From NCBI GenBank assembly GCA_964016885.1, contig OZ024763.1, positions 24,614,001 through 24,678,000 on the forward strand: a stretch of 64,000 nt of DNA, given 5' to 3'. The position numbers and the translations under genes are program-made. Below, one piece after another: positions 1 through 14,418 of this stretch; the stretch's first letter is position 1, and each line of letters begins with the position of its first letter. This DNA comes from Eledone cirrhosa. Taxonomy: Eukaryota. The notes below the pieces were generated by a model, which was given only the letters and a program-made list of their open reading frames with translations, made no database searches and was not told the DNA's origin.

Positions 1-460
1 GTTAGAATGTCTCAGGAAAGTATTAGTGGACAGGTTTGTAGCTCGGAGGTCAGAGTGTCACTCTATGTAGAGCTACTACTTCTCTTCATTGAGAGCTCAC
101 AGCTCCGATACTACGGTCATGGGGTTAGAATGTCTTAGGAAAGTATTAGTGGACAGGTTTGTAGCTCGGAGGTCAGAGTGTCACTCTATGTAGAGCTACT
201 ACTTCTCTTCATTGAGAGCTCACAGCTCCGATACTACGGTCATGGGGTTAGAATGTCTTAGGAAAGAATTAGTGGACAGGTTTGTAGCTCGGGGGTCAGA
301 GTGTCACTCTATATAGAACCACTACTTCTCTTCATTGAGAGCTCACAGCTCCGATACTACGGTCATGGGGTTAGAATGTCTTAGGAAAGAATCGCTGGAC
401 CGATTTGTAGCTCGGAGATCAGAGACTCACTCCAGGTAGAGCTGCTACTTCTCTGAATTG
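1..460 (+). repeat. 123-bp tandem repeat (~3.7 copies visible) derived from RTE-clade LINE coding sequence
   Basis: GTTAGAATGTCT recurs at 1, 124, 247 and 370. The unit translates as VELLLLFIESSQLRYYGHGVRMS(Q/*)E, matching the post-RT 'IERSQLRWxGHxxRM' motif of RTE/Rex3-type elements. In-frame stops occur in several units. Confidence 0.8.
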
Positions 461-712
461 TGAGATCACAGCTGGACAGATTTTACGGTCAAAACCAACT
501 GGCAGGAGACCCATGGGTTAGACACCCAGCAAGATGGTTGGATAACATCCATGAGTTTGGCTGGTCTCGCTTGGGGATCCAGCCGGATCAGTGGGAGACG
601 GTTGCTTCTGACATGACCCGCTGGAAGGAGTGTTTGAGGACTCTACTCCCACAACTTTCTCGGGAATAAGTGGGCGAACAAGAAGAAGACGAAGAAGAAG
701 GAGAAGAAGAAG
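460..712 (+). mobile_element. RTE-clade LINE 3' end remnant with (GAA)n tail
   Basis: ORF RHPARWLDNI...WETVASDMTRWKECL resembles the RTE C-terminus (RPxxRWxD...W..A.DR..W). Stop at 667-669 is followed by a GAA-repeat tail at ~676-712. Confidence 0.7.
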
Positions 713-1178
713 TTAGAAAGTCTGATAGACTGCTGTATGGTATTCCTTCCGGCTCGCTGCTCTCTGAGTTGAAATTACACCAATTCTCCCTCAACATCTC
801 TTCCACACTTCTCTCCCATCCTCTCGTATGCCTTCTTTCCCTGGTAGAAACCTTCGGCTGTGTTGAAACCAGCTTTAAACATTACAGAAACAAACGCTGT
901 ATGACGTTAAAGGGGACCTAAATCTTCATGTGGATTTAGGGGTAAAAGGAAAGTATATACCAGTTATGAACCGAGGTTAATGCCCGGGAGAGATTCTATG
1001 GCGTTGTGTTCATTGTATGTTGCTTGTGAACAAAAATATTTCCAAAATAGTTCGCCATTAATAATATATGATATATACTTAAACAATACCTCCGGCTGAA
1101 TAGACTAGACGAACAGACATCAACTCCTTTACACCCACCTACAGATATGCTAATATCAAACTTCAGTCACACTCACAT

Positions 1179-1236
1179 ATGTATATGTAAACACACACAC
1201 ACACACACACACAAACATATACACACACACATAAAC

Positions 1237-1298
<62 letters not shown>

Positions 1299-1320
1299 AC
1301 ACACACAGAAACATATATAC

Positions 1321-1373
<53 letters not shown>

Positions 1374-1780
1374 ATATATGTATATATATGTATATGTATA
1401 TATATATATATTTATATAAATATATATGTGTTCATATATATATATATAAACATATCTATATTTATATATAAATACATACACACACACACACACACACACC
1501 TACACTCACACACACACACATTCACACAGACACACACACAAACACACATATATATTTATATACACAGTGTTTATGGTGTTACAGCTAACGAAAGTTGATC
1601 CTATAAACATAGGCTGTCGTAACGCCATTGTGATAACGATAGCAGTAGGAATATATCGTGATGTATTCAGCTCTAATTCAATTTATGTCATATTTTATTT
1701 TGATGCCGCCATCTTGAACTGCTAGCTAAGTTGTAGAGCCAACATTTTCAATTATCGATGAAGCTATTAAGGTGTCTCCC

Positions 1781-1847
<67 letters not shown>

Positions 1848-2149
1848 GCTCTTTCTTTCTATATATGGATATATATATATGTATACATATATATATATAT
1901 ATATGTATATATATGTGTGTGTCTATATGTGTGTGTGTGTGTGTGTGTGTATATATCTGTATGTGTATATATATATATATGTATGTATATATATTTATAT
2001 ATATATATATGTGAATGTGTGTGTATATATGTGTGTGTGTGTGTATATATATATCTGTGTATGTGTATATATATGTATGTATGTATATATATGTATATAT
2101 ATATATATATCTGTGTATGTGTATATAAATGTATGTATGTATATATATG

Positions 2150-2194
<45 letters not shown>

Positions 2195-2233
2195 CTGTGT
2201 ATGTGTATATATATGTATGTATGTATATATATG

Positions 2234-2264
<31 letters not shown>

Positions 2265-2273
2265 ATGTGTGTG

Positions 2274-2304
<31 letters not shown>

Positions 2305-2447
2305 GTCTGTGTATGTGTATATATATGTATGTATGTATGTATATGTATATATATATATATGTGTGTGTGTATATATATATGTGTGTGTGTGTGTGTGTAT
2401 ATATATATCTGTATGTGTATATATATGTATGTATGTATATATATATC

Positions 2448-2484
<37 letters not shown>

Positions 2485-2485
2485 A

Positions 2486-2518
<33 letters not shown>

Positions 2519-2735
2519 CTGTGTATGTGTATATATATGTATGTATGTATATATATGTATATATATATATATGTGTGTGTGTTTGTGTATATATATAATG
2601 TGTGTGTGTATGTGTATTTATATATTTGTGTGTGTGTATATATATGTATATATATATATGTATTTATATATATATATATGTATATATGTGTGTATGTGTG
2701 TGTATATATATATAACATATGTATATATACGTATA

Positions 2736-2774
<39 letters not shown>

Positions 2775-2906
2775 GAGTGTGTGTGTATACGTGTGAATAT
2801 ATATATATCTATTTCTATATACACGTGTGAAAAGTTTGGTATGTATATGTATATATGTACATTTGTAAACATATATATACCCCCCCTCCCACACACACAC
2901 ACCTCC

Positions 2907-2948
<42 letters not shown>

Positions 2949-2952
2949 ATAT
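1179..2952. repeat. Compound (TA)n/(TG)n/(CT)n microsatellite block, representative of dozens in the window
   Basis: Dinucleotide runs seen directly; they explain the [12 protein letters not shown] ORFs. Confidence 0.95.
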
Positions 2953-3099
2953 AATATTATTTTTCAGAAAACATCAGAAATGTATCTGAAATTGAGGAAT
3001 TCGGTTAAAGTGCTCAATATATCATGATTTAGTTCATATAAGGAAACATCTCTATACATAGGATAACTGAATCAAAAACCCATTTTATCTAGTATATAT

Positions 3100-3151
<52 letters not shown>

Positions 3152-3197
3152 TGTGTGTGTGTAATGTATATATATATATATATATATATGTGTGTAT

Positions 3198-3405
3198 TTA
3201 ATATAGAAATGGCTTCTACAGGACTAGAACTGTTTCATTCAGGAGAAATCAGCAGAAAGCCGACTGTCCATGTAATATGGTGGTATTCTTGCGAATGAAA
3301 CAGTTCTAGTCTTCTAGAAGCCATCTCTATATTAAGTTTTTATACTCTGCTATGTATTGAGTACCTCACTTACTGTGGTTGCCTCCAACTGAACCCGGGA
3401 TAAAC
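3198..3405 (+). mobile_element. Fold-back PLE-like terminal fragment (same family as 38985-39156 and 57945-58012)
   Basis: 3200-3240 is the near reverse complement of 3293-3333. Contains the GAAACAGTTCTAGTC HHR 3' half and a TTGAGTACC tail motif. Confidence 0.65.
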
Positions 3406-3408
3406 ATC

Positions 3409-4060
3409 GACTAACTTTATTCATATGTAACCCATTAGCAACCCCGCAGCACGTTTATTCTCATATTTACACATTTTTTTCCCCTGCTGTTACCCGTCTA
3501 TTTCGTTCTTACTGCTTCCCCTTTCTCTGTATCTTTACCCTCTCTAGCAGTCACTCTCCCTGTTAGCATCTTCCTCACCCTTCACTCAATCATTCTCTGT
3601 TGCTACCTCTCCTCCTCCTTTCTTCTTCCCGTTTGACCTGTGCGTAATTCTTTTCTTTCGCACGCTTGGCCAGGCCGGTCGGCATTTTTTCTCTCTCTCG
3701 TCTACGATTTCACAGATCTTATGTTTACCGAATTCACAGACTAGACCCCTTCTTCCCCCCGTTAGACCTGTGCGAAATTCCTTCCTTGCTCACATTTCAA
3801 CCAGGTTTGATGGTCTTTATTCTCTCTCGTTCACAATTTCACCGAATTTAAATTCATAGAAATTTGGGACTTGACTCCTTCTTCCTCACTTTTCGTTGCT
3901 TCACCATTTTTGTTTGTTTACACTCGTATCCCCTTTATTTACGTGTCCCAACGACTTTTTTTAGCCGTTGCTCGCACCAACCGGAGGTATATGGTCTTTA
4001 AAGCGATGAAATACCAATGATGGTTGGAAGATCACTGATGAAGGACTAACTTTATTCATA
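3409..4060 (+). mobile_element. Non-coding ~520-635 bp monomer element with terminal redundancy (retrozyme/PLE-like family R)
   Basis: Begins and ends with GACTAACTTTATTCATA (3409 and 4044). Homologous to 18320-18800 (+), 23402-23503 (-), 53927-54888 (-) and 60011-60605 (-). CTGATGA at 4035. Confidence 0.65.
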
Positions 4061-4061
4061 T

Positions 4062-4178
<117 letters not shown>

Positions 4179-4223
4179 TAATTCAAAATATTAACAAAAT
4201 AGATATTCTTGTGATCAAGTATA

Positions 4224-4286
4224 TTTTATTATACATATTTCAGAGGTACTGAGTTAAGTTCAACAGTACGTCCTCATCAGATAAAA
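4224..4286 (-). ncRNA. Type I hammerhead ribozyme (family C)
   Basis: Minus strand reads ttttat CTGATGA ggacgtactg-(ttgaacttaact)-cagtacctct GAAA tatgta TA ataaaa: 6-bp stem I, paired stem II, near-palindromic stem III. Confidence 0.8.
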
Positions 4287-4383
4287 TAAGATGATGCATG
4301 ACATATCCTGACATAGTAGGTGCTTCCAATCTATTGTAAAATTCATTCTTTGATGTATTCATTCAACCTTGTTTAACTTTTAA

Positions 4384-4445
<62 letters not shown>

Positions 4446-4562
4446 TTGTCAGCAGATAACTAAAGTGTGTGTGTGTGTGTTTGTGTTTTGTATGTCTTAA
4501 ATACGCACGTTCCTTCATTTTATGTCTCTTTACTTTCTATGTATCTGCTAATTCTAACTCTA

Positions 4563-4597
4563 TCTTCTGATGAAAGACTAGTGTCCGAAACGTTAAG
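4563..4597 (+). ncRNA. Minimal hammerhead ribozyme (family A)
   Basis: tctt CTGATGA aagac tagt gtcc GAAA cg TTA ag; one mismatch in stem II relative to the 14633 copy. Confidence 0.7.
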
Positions 4598-4655
4598 GTA
4601 CTCTTCCTGCTATTCAAGCGTTAAACTAATATATTTCTTCATACATATATATATA

Positions 4656-4714
<59 letters not shown>

Positions 4715-4718
<4 letters not shown>

Positions 4719-4826
4719 GTTTCTACTTTTGGCACAAGGCCAGCAATTACCCCAGTGCATTATTGGTACTTTATTTTATCGACGCCGATGAAAGGCAAAA
4801 TTAACCTCAGCGGGATTTGAACTCAT
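4715..4826 (-). mobile_element. tRNA-derived SINE family 1 (Meta/MESC-like core), 5'-truncated
   Basis: Reverse complement carries B box GAGTTCAAATC, core GCCTTTCATC..GTCGATAAAATAAAGTACC and tail GGCCTTGTGCCAAAAGTAGAAACAATT. Confidence 0.8.
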
Positions 4827-4871
4827 AATGTATGTATGTATATGTGTGTGTATGTGTTTGTGTGTATATAT

Positions 4872-4971
<100 letters not shown>

Positions 4972-5044
4972 AAAAATTGAACTGGAACAAAACAGAGAGG
5001 CAGTACGAACAAACGTTTATTAGTTTCACGCTCTTGAGAGTGGG

Positions 5045-5085
<41 letters not shown>

Positions 5086-5274
5086 AGAGAGAGAGAGAGA
5101 TAGATATATATAGATATATATATATATTTATATATATACATATATTTATATATATATATATATATATAAATGAAAGTAGAGAAATAATGTGAGAAAGAAG
5201 CCAACAGTATTTCATAATATATAAGTGACCATACGTCAACATGGAGTGTGAACTCATATATATGTATATATATG

Positions 5275-5314
<40 letters not shown>

Positions 5315-6109
5315 CATATATACATATATATGAGTTCACACTCCCCTCGCACTGTCTTGACAACTTGTTCGAGGCCTTATAGAGGAGACATTGCCTCACT
5401 AACCAATGGGAAACCGTTTCACAATCTAGAAAGATGGCGCTAAAGCCGTCTTCTCTGGCAGCCATTTTATTTAGCCCCCTTCCCCCACAAAATAAGTGAT
5501 TTTAATTGCAATTAAAGCCCAAATGGTGTGACATTCGGATAATAGGTTACCAACAGCCAAGTGGCTTTCTCTATATAGTGCCAACTAACACGTCTCTCTT
5601 TCTCTCTCTCTCTCCTCGCTTTCTCTCTTTCTCCTTCTCTTCCTTTTTCTCTCTCTCCCTGCTCTCTCTCTCTCTTCCCTTCTCTCTGCCTCCTCGCACT
5701 CTCTCTCTCTTTCTCTATCTTTCCTTTTTCTCTCACACTTCGGATCTATATATCCCTATATCTATCTTTGTGTCTATATCTGCCTTATTCTCCCTATCAT
5801 TTCTTTCTCTCTCCCCCCTCTCTCTATCTCTCATTCACACATAGACCATCTATATATCTTTGCATTTCTATCTAGCCATTTGAGTATGTATATTCTACTC
5901 TCGCTCTCTCTCTCAGTGCGCGTGCGCATACACACACATACATCATCTGTCTATCCCTTTCCTACACTTTCGCATTATACTTCTGCCCTCTCCCCCTCTC
6001 TCTCCCTCTTCACATCTTTACGTGCCTAAGTTCGTCTATCACTATCTCTATATAATTCCCCCCCCCCCTCTCTCTCTTTCTCTTCGTATATATATGTATA
6101 TATATATAT

Positions 6110-6240
6110 TTGAAAGGTGAACAGATATAACAAAGGAAATGACACAGTATAATGTAGAAATGTATTAGTTTAACACTTGATATAGTAGGAAAAGAGTCTT
6201 AACGTTTCGGACACAATTCTTTCATCAATGGAAATTGAAA
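6110..6240 (-). mobile_element. Family A HHR element, degenerate
   Basis: Reverse complement reads TTGATGA aagaattgtgtcc GAAA cgTTA agactctt, followed by a family A tail. Confidence 0.6.
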
Positions 6241-6289
6241 TATTATTATTTAGTCAATTATTTTCGTGGGGAAAAATACAAACATACAA

Positions 6290-6732
6290 AGTAGAATACA
6301 TAGTAGAATACATAGTAGAATACATAGTAGAATAAATACATAGTAGAATACATAGTAGAATACATAGTAGAATACATAGTAGAATACATAGTAGAATACA
6401 TAGTAGAATAGATAGTAGAATACATAGTAGAATACATAGTACAATACATAGTAGAATAAATACATAGTAGAATACATAGTAGAATAGATAGTAGAATACA
6501 TAGTAGAATACATAGTAGAATAAATACATAGTAGAATACATAGTAGAATACATAGTAGAATACATAGTAGAATAAATACATAGTAGAATACATAGTAGAA
6601 TAGATAGTAGAATACATAGTAGAATACATAGTAGAATAAATACATAGTAGAATACATAGTAGAATACATAGTAGAATACATAGTAGAATAGATAGTAGAA
6701 TAAATACATAGTAGAATACATAGTAGAATACA
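6290..6732. repeat. 12-bp minisatellite (TACATAGTAGAA)n with 16-bp variants
   Basis: Direct tandem repeats. Confidence 0.95.
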
Positions 6733-7331
6733 TTGGAACGTGGAGGCGATACATCAGACCTGATTAAAGGACATTGGGACGGGGAGAAAACACACTATGA
6801 AGAGGTAGGGTGGGAATACGTTGAAACGAATGGAGAAACTACACTGAAAAAATATATATATACTAAAGTAAACACATTGGATACATTAGAACCCAGTGGA
6901 ACGTGAGGACAATACATTAGACCGCATTAGAACACATTGGAATGGATTCGAACACATCAGAACGTGGGGAAAATATACTGTGAACGGGTAGGAGAAGGGA
7001 TGCGTTGAAACGGATGGAAAAACACATTAAAAACATGCATAAGAGCGAACATATACGAACGGGTGAGAGCACGTAACGTAACATTAAGAAAAAAAAAGAA
7101 AAAAAATGATGAGAAAATTTGCTGACAAAATGGCGTGTGTGTAATGGCGGTTATATAACTAAAAAGAACAACACTACAACTACAATAACAACAACATCGA
7201 CAGCAACAACAACAAATGTCCCCCCCCCCTCACACCCCCTCCTCCCTTCTCCATTAGAGAAGAAAATGGCGATGGAAGAGATCAAAGGGAGCGAAGAACA
7301 ATGAGAAAGAAGGGAAAGAAAATTAAAGGGA

Positions 7332-7378
<47 letters not shown>

Positions 7379-7676
7379 TAAATATGAAAGCAATAAGTGA
7401 AAGAACACAAGACTTCATGGTTTCTTTTATTGAAATCTTCCTTAAGGAATTTGTTGGTGATCAAGTAATGGCGGCTGGTGGGGGAGAAGAGGGAATGGGG
7501 GGGGGATAGTTGAAGGAGCGAGGGAGGAAAGGAGTGGTGGTGGTGGTGGTGGTGGTGCTATGATTGAAAAAATAAAGAAATCTTGAGAGGGTAGTGACAG
7601 AAGAAGGGTAAAGTGATTGTGCATGTGTGTGTTTGTGATGTATACATGTGTATATATAGGTGTGTGTGTGTGTATA

Positions 7677-7742
<66 letters not shown>

Positions 7743-7811
7743 AGCGAAGATGTATGTGTATGCATGTGGGTGTAGATAATAGCGTTGTTAGTGGACCAAT
7801 ATCTGTGAGTG

Positions 7812-7842
<31 letters not shown>

Positions 7843-7943
7843 GTTTATGAGTTTATGTGTGTGTATGGTCGATAATTGTAGTGGATCGATATCCAATCAA
7901 TTTTCAACTCAACGATTTTTGCACAACAAAGCCAAAATAAAAT

Positions 7944-7964
7944 ACATTACCACTACTACTACTT

Positions 7965-8037
<73 letters not shown>

Positions 8038-8240
8038 CACTACTACTACTACTGCAATTACTACTACCACTACTACTACCGCTACTGTTGCTACTACTAC
8101 GACGACCACCACCACCACCACTACTACTACTTCTACTACCGCCACCAACACTACTACTACTACTGCTACTACTACTGTTACTACTACCACCAACACTACT
8201 ACAACCACTACTATTACTACTACTTCTACTACTATTACTG

Positions 8241-8298
<58 letters not shown>
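7944..8298. repeat. (ACT)n trinucleotide tract
   Basis: Seen directly. Confidence 0.95.
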
Positions 8299-8438
8299 AG
8301 CAATCACTGTCAGAATAACAATTATACCACTGATGATATTAAGCTTAACAAAATAACAACAACAGCAACAATAATCAAAATATTCATAAAAATACTAACA
8401 ATAATGATAATAATGATAATAGTAATAAGAACAACAAC

Positions 8439-8478
<40 letters not shown>

Positions 8479-9684
8479 TTAATATTGATAATAATAAAGA
8501 TATTGTTGGTAATAATAATAAAACAATATTGAAAAGATGGCGATAAATTGAGAATACAAATACAAAACAATAAACAGTTAAATAAATAAAATAGAAAGCA
8601 TAAAATAAATATCTTCAGGGGCATGTTTTTTTTAATGAAGGGGGGATGGTCTGTGAAATCAATTTTGGAAATTTGTTCCTCACAAACAATCCGAAAAGCC
8701 CCCCCCCCCCTCCTCAACCATCGTCACACATACCCCCCCCCCCCCACATTCACCCCATACACATCATTACGACACGATGAAGACGTTCCCTTGAAATGGC
8801 GGGAGAGAGAGAGAGCGCGAGAGGGAAGCGGAGTCGGGATGAAAGAGTGAGAGAGTGGTGGGAGCTGTGGGTGAAGATATGGGGATGAGAGAGTGAGTGA
8901 GGGGGAAGAGAGAGAGAGAGAGGGGGGGACGGAAAGAGTGGGAGTGAAAGAGAGAGAGGGAGAGAAAGAGTCGGGACGAGATTGATAAGGGGAAGTTTGG
9001 GGACTATAGAGAAAGAGAGAGAGAAGGAGAAAAAAGTTGGGCGAGAGTGAGAGAGAGAGAGCTGTCCTAAAACGCAGACCTACTCCATCTGACAGACACC
9101 ACACACCACTCCGACGTTCTGTGGAAAGAGAAAGAAAGTCAGGAGAGAGAGAGAGAGAGGAAGAAAGATGAGAGAGAGAGAGAGAGATGGAGGTGAGAGA
9201 GAGAAGCCCTAACACGCAACCTCCGCTCCACCCGACACAAAGACCCACAGCCGTTCATCAGGCTGAAAATGTTACCTTGGAAAAGAAAAGGTATCTCGGG
9301 GTGAGAGAGAGAGAGAGAGAGAGATAAAGATGGCGGTGAGAGAGAGAGAGAGAAAGCAAGATAGAGAGAGGGGGGGCGTTGGTGGTGAGAGAGAAAGAGA
9401 AATGGTGATGAGAGATACAGAGAGAGCGAGAGAAAGATGGTGGTGAGAGAGACAGAGTGAGCGAGAGAAAGATGGCGGTGAGAGAGAGAGAGAGAGAAAG
9501 CAAGAGAGAGAGAGAGAGCGATGGTGGTGAGAAAGAGACAGAGAGAGATGTTGGTGAGAGAAAGAGAGAGTGAGAGAGAGAGAGATGACAGTGAGAGGAA
9601 GAGAGAATGTGTGTGGTTGAGTGAGAGAGAATGTGTGTCTGAAAGAATGATAGATACATAGGGAGAGAGTGGGAGAAAGAGAAC

Positions 9685-9900
9685 GATAGTGTGCGTGTGT
9701 CTGGTTATGATAGTGTGTGTGTGTGTGTGGTTATGATAGTGTGTGTGTGTGGTTATGATAGTGTGTGCGTGTGTCTGGTTATGATAGTGTGTGTGTGTGT
9801 CTGGTTATGATAGTGTGTGTGTGTGTGGTTATGATAGTGTGTGCGTGTGTCTGGTTATGATAGTGTGTGTGTCTGGTTATGATAGTGTGTGTGTGTGTGT
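9685..9900. repeat. Minisatellite GGTTATGATAGT(GT)n
   Basis: About nine variable-length units. Confidence 0.9.
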
Positions 9901-10283
9901 GGTGCACGGGGTCAGAATGACATGTCATCCTCTGTGCCCACGTGTTCGACGCCTCAAACATGCAATGGCGACTGATGGTAATCATGTAGAGTAATAATAA
10001 CAACAACAATAATGATAATGACGATGATTATGATGATGATGATGTTGGTGGTGATGATGCTGACGACGTTAACGACGATGATGATGATGGTGATGGTGAT
10101 GATGACGATGATGGTGATGATAGTGATGGCTTTAATGACAATGATGGTGATGATGTTGAGCTTGATGACGGTGGTGGTGATGATGATGGTGATGATGATA
10201 ATGAGCCTTATGACGATGATGGTGGTGATGGTGATTACAACGTTAATAATGGCGATGTGCTGATGGTGATAATGAAGATAATA

Positions 10284-10480
10284 TTTGTTTCTACTTTTGG
10301 CGACAAGGCCAGCAAATTACCCCCAGTGCATTACTGGTACTTTATTTTATCGAACCCCGTGTAAGGATGAAAGGCAAAGTTAACCTCGGCGGGATTTGAA
10401 CTCAGAACGTAACGGGACATAACTCTATGCTGCAAAGCAGGGCGTCTGCCGTTCTACCGATTACTGCCAGTCCACCCTCC
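10284..10480 (-). mobile_element. tRNA-derived SINE family 1, near full length
   Basis: Reverse complement has a TGGCAGTAATCGG A-box-like head, GAGTTCAAATCCC B box, core and tail. Confidence 0.85.
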
Positions 10481-10567
10481 CTTCACGATAATTATCACGA
10501 CATTAATGAAGGTGATGAGGACTATAATGGCGATGATTGTGTTATTGTTTATATTATTATTATTGTT

Positions 10568-10730
10568 GGTAGAGGGTCGGACGCCATGCTTTACAGCATA
10601 GTTACGTCCCTTTACGGTCTGAGTTCAAATCCCATAGAGGTCAACTTTGCCTTTCAGCCTGATAAAATAAAGTACCAGTAATGCACTAGGAAGAATTGCT
10701 GGCCTTGTGCCTAAAGTAGAAAAAATTATT
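10568..10730 (+). mobile_element. tRNA-derived SINE family 1
   Basis: GGTAGAGGGTCGGACGCC...GAGTTCAAATCCC...GCCTTTCA...GGCCTTGTGCCTAAAGTAGAA; head-to-head with the previous copy. Confidence 0.85.
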
Positions 10731-10747
10731 AATTACAATCAGAAGGA

Positions 10748-11985
10748 CAACAACAACAACAACGACACCAACAACAACAACGACACCACCAACAACAACA
10801 ACACCAGCAACAGCAACAACAACACCAGCAACAGCAATAACAACAGCAACAACAACACCACCAACAACAACAACACCAGCAACAGCAACAACAACACCAG
10901 CAACAGCAATAACAACAACAACAACAACACCAGCAACAACAACAACACGAGCAACAGCAACAACAACAACAACACCAGCAACAACAACACGAGCAACAAC
11001 AACAACAACACCAGCAACAACAACAACACGAGCAACAGCAACAACAACAACAACACCAGCAACAACAACAACACGAGCAACAGCAACAACAACAACAACA
11101 ACAATATGACCGACACAGCAACAACAACACCAGCAACAGCAATAACAGCAACAACAACAACAACATCAACACCACTAGTGCTGTTGATAAAAAAATGTAA
11201 TACCACTCAATGCTGGCATTGATCGTTCTTGTTGTTGTTACTGTTGTTGTTATTGCTGTTGTTGTTATTGCTGTTGTTGTTGTTGCTGTTGTTGTTATTG
11301 CTGTTGTTGTTATTGCTGTTGTTGTTGTTGCTGTTGTTGTTATTGCTGTTGTTGTTATTGTTGTTATAGGCTGTTGGTGTTATTGTTGTTGTTGTTATTG
11401 CTGTTGTTGTTATTGCTGTTGTTGTTATTGTTGTTGTTGTTATTGCTGTTGTTGTTATTGTTGTTGTTGTTATTGCTGTTGTTGTTATTGTTGTTGTTGT
11501 TATTGCTGTTGTTGTTATTGTTGTTGTTGTTATTGCTGTTGTTGTTATTGTTGTTGTTGTTATTGCTGTTGTTGTTATTGTTGTTATAGGCTGTTGGTGT
11601 TATTGTTGTTGTTGTTATTGCTGTTGTTGTTATAGGCTGTTGGTGTTATTGCTGTTGTTGTTAATGTTGTTGTTGTTATTGTTGTTGTTGTTATTGCTGT
11701 TGTTGTTGTTGTTGTTATTGCTGTTGTTGTTATTGTTGTTGTTGTTATTGCTGTTGTTGTTATTGTTGTTGGTGTTACTGTTGTTGTTATTGCTGTTATT
11801 GTTATTGCTGTTATTGCTGTTATTGTTATTGCTGTTATTGCTGTTGGTGTTATTGTTGTTATTATTGCTGTTGTTGTTATTGTTGTTGTTATTGCTGTTA
11901 TTGTTATTGCTGTTGTTGTTATTGTTGTTGTTGTTATTATTGTTGTTGCTGTCATAGCTGTTGTTGTTATTGCTGTTACTGTTGT
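10748..11985. repeat. (AAC)n-rich tract followed by an opposed (GTT)n-rich tract
   Basis: AAC/AGC repeats at 10748-11170 and GTT/GCT repeats at 11228-11985. Confidence 0.9.
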
Positions 11986-12060
11986 TATCTGTATCACGCT
12001 GTTCCAATAGTTTCTACCTGTAATCAAAGTATAGCAACAGGTCATTGTTACTTGGACTTA

Positions 12061-12241
12061 ATAATTGTTTCTAGTTTTGGCACAAGGCCAGCAATTATCC
12101 AGTGCATTACTGGTACTTTATTTTATCGATCCCGTAAGGATAAAAGGCAAAGTTAACCTCGACGGGACTTGAACTCTGACCGTAAAGGGACGTAACTATG
12201 CTAGAAAGCATGGCGTCCGACTCTCTACCGATACTGCCAAA
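12061..12241 (-). mobile_element. tRNA-derived SINE family 1 (inside a segment duplicated at ~23615-24390)
   Basis: Same head, B box, core and tail as the other copies. Confidence 0.85.
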
Positions 12242-12279
12242 TATTGGTTCGAGAGTAGAAGTAGTGTTAGTGGTGGTTC

Positions 12280-12326
<47 letters not shown>

Positions 12327-12652
12327 TATATAAATATAATATACACATAAATATATCATATATACTTTATATATATAAATATATTATATATACGTTATAT
12401 ATGCACATATAAATATAATATGTATATAAATATATCATATACACGTTATATATACATATATAAATATAATATACACATAAATGTGTTATATATAGGTTAT
12501 ATATACTTATATAAATATAATATACACATAAAATGTATTATATATAGATATATAAATATATGTATATAAATATATTATACATCTATCTGTCTATCTATCT
12601 ATATATATATCTCTATATATATATATATGTTATATATATGTATATATATATC

Positions 12653-12706
<54 letters not shown>

Positions 12707-12770
12707 AACATTACCTATATATACACATTATATATACGCTATATATACGTTACAGTAGTAGTAGTATTAT

Positions 12771-12819
<49 letters not shown>

Positions 12820-13070
12820 GGTGGTGGTGGTAGTGGTAGTAGTAGTAATAGTAGTAGACGCTGTAGTTATTATAACAAGTATAATATTTGGTCAGAACTT
12901 ATGTAATTCTAAACTTAATTTGGTGCAGTTTTAAATCTAATTTCTTGAATATCCTTCTTTACATAACATACAAGAAGATATTATATAACATAATATAATA
13001 TAACATTACATTACGTAACATTACCCTACATCCGTAATATAACTTTAGATTGCGTAACTTTACATTACCC

Positions 13071-13527
13071 AATATAACATTAGATTGCGCAGCATTGCCT
13101 TACTTTAGGCAATATAACATTAGATTGAGCAGCATTGCCTTACATTACCCAATATAACATTAGATTGAGCAGCATTGCCTTACTTTAGGCAATATAACAT
13201 TAGATTGAGCAGCATTGCCTTACATTAGGCAATATAACATCAGATTGCGCAGCATTGCTTTACTTTAGACAATATAACATTAGATTGCGCAGCATTGCCT
13301 TGCTTTAGGCAATATAACATTAGATTGTGTGACATTACCTTACATTACGCGATAAAACATTAGATTGTGTGACATTACCTTACATTACGCAATATGACAT
13401 TAGAATGCGTACGTTGCCTTACATTCCGTAATATAACATAACATTGCGTATCAGTGCCTTACATTATGTATTATAACATTACAATGCGTAACAGCGCCTT
13501 ACATTCCGTAATATAACATGAGATTGC
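13071..13527. repeat. 40-bp minisatellite (AATATAACATTAGATTGAGCAGCATTGCCTTACTTTAGGC), ~11 copies
   Basis: Unit starts at 13071, 13111, 13151 and so on; it degenerates toward the edges. Confidence 0.9.
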
Positions 13528-14228
13528 GTTATATAACAAGTGTTTCTCACACCCAGAGAATATAAAACTCGGGGATATGGTACTTAAATATTTTTGCTGT
13601 TCTTGAATGTCCTTAAAATAAACTCTGTAACCCCCCGCCCCCTACACACACACATCACCACACCACTACACTACCACACCACTACACCACCACACCACTA
13701 TACCACCGCACTACTATACTACACCACCACACCACTATACCACCACACCATTACACCACTATACCACCACACCACTACACCGACACACCACTACACCACC
13801 ACACCACTAAACCAGAACATCATCACACCACCACCGCACCAGCATACCACCACACCACCACACTACTATACCACCACACCAATATACAACCACTACTACA
13901 CCACCACACCACTATACAACCACTAATCCACCCCCACATCACTATACCATCACACCACACCACCGCACCATTACACCACTACACCACTATACAACCACTA
14001 CCACAACAGTGAATATCTTAACATACAGTTGATCCTTGCTGGTGTAGGTCTTAATCTAATTTTGTGCAGTCAGCTTTTTCAATGTTTGTCCAGTACTACA
14101 TGTGGTGTTTACATGTTAAATGATGTTTAAAAGACTTAAAACACACACAAAATCACAATTACACTACATTACACTACATTACACTACATTACACTACATT
14201 ACACTACATTACATTATATATTATTACA

Positions 14229-14418
14229 GGGGGATCGGCAGTATCGGTAAAAGGGTCGGACGCCATGCTTTGACGCATAGAGTTACGCCCCTTGGCATTC
14301 TGAGTTCAAATCGCGCCGAGGTTAACCTTGCCTTTCATCCTTACGGGGTCGATAAAATAAAGTACCAGTAATGTACTGGTTAATTGCTGGCCTTGTGCCA
14401 ATAGTAGAAACAATTATT
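14229..14418 (+). mobile_element. tRNA-derived SINE family 1, full length
   Basis: CGGCAGTATCGG head, GAGTTCAAATCGC B box, GCCTTTCATCCTTACGGGGTCGATAAAATAAAGTACCAG core, tail ending ACAATTATTAC. Confidence 0.85.

Noticed and set aside
8680-9292. Possible plus-strand exon (KRRPTPSDRHHTPLRRS...EVRERSPNTQPPLHPTQRPTAVHQAENVTLEKK, AG|GTATCT)
   Set aside because: Interrupted by stops and (GA)n runs in this assembly, with no recognisable domain.
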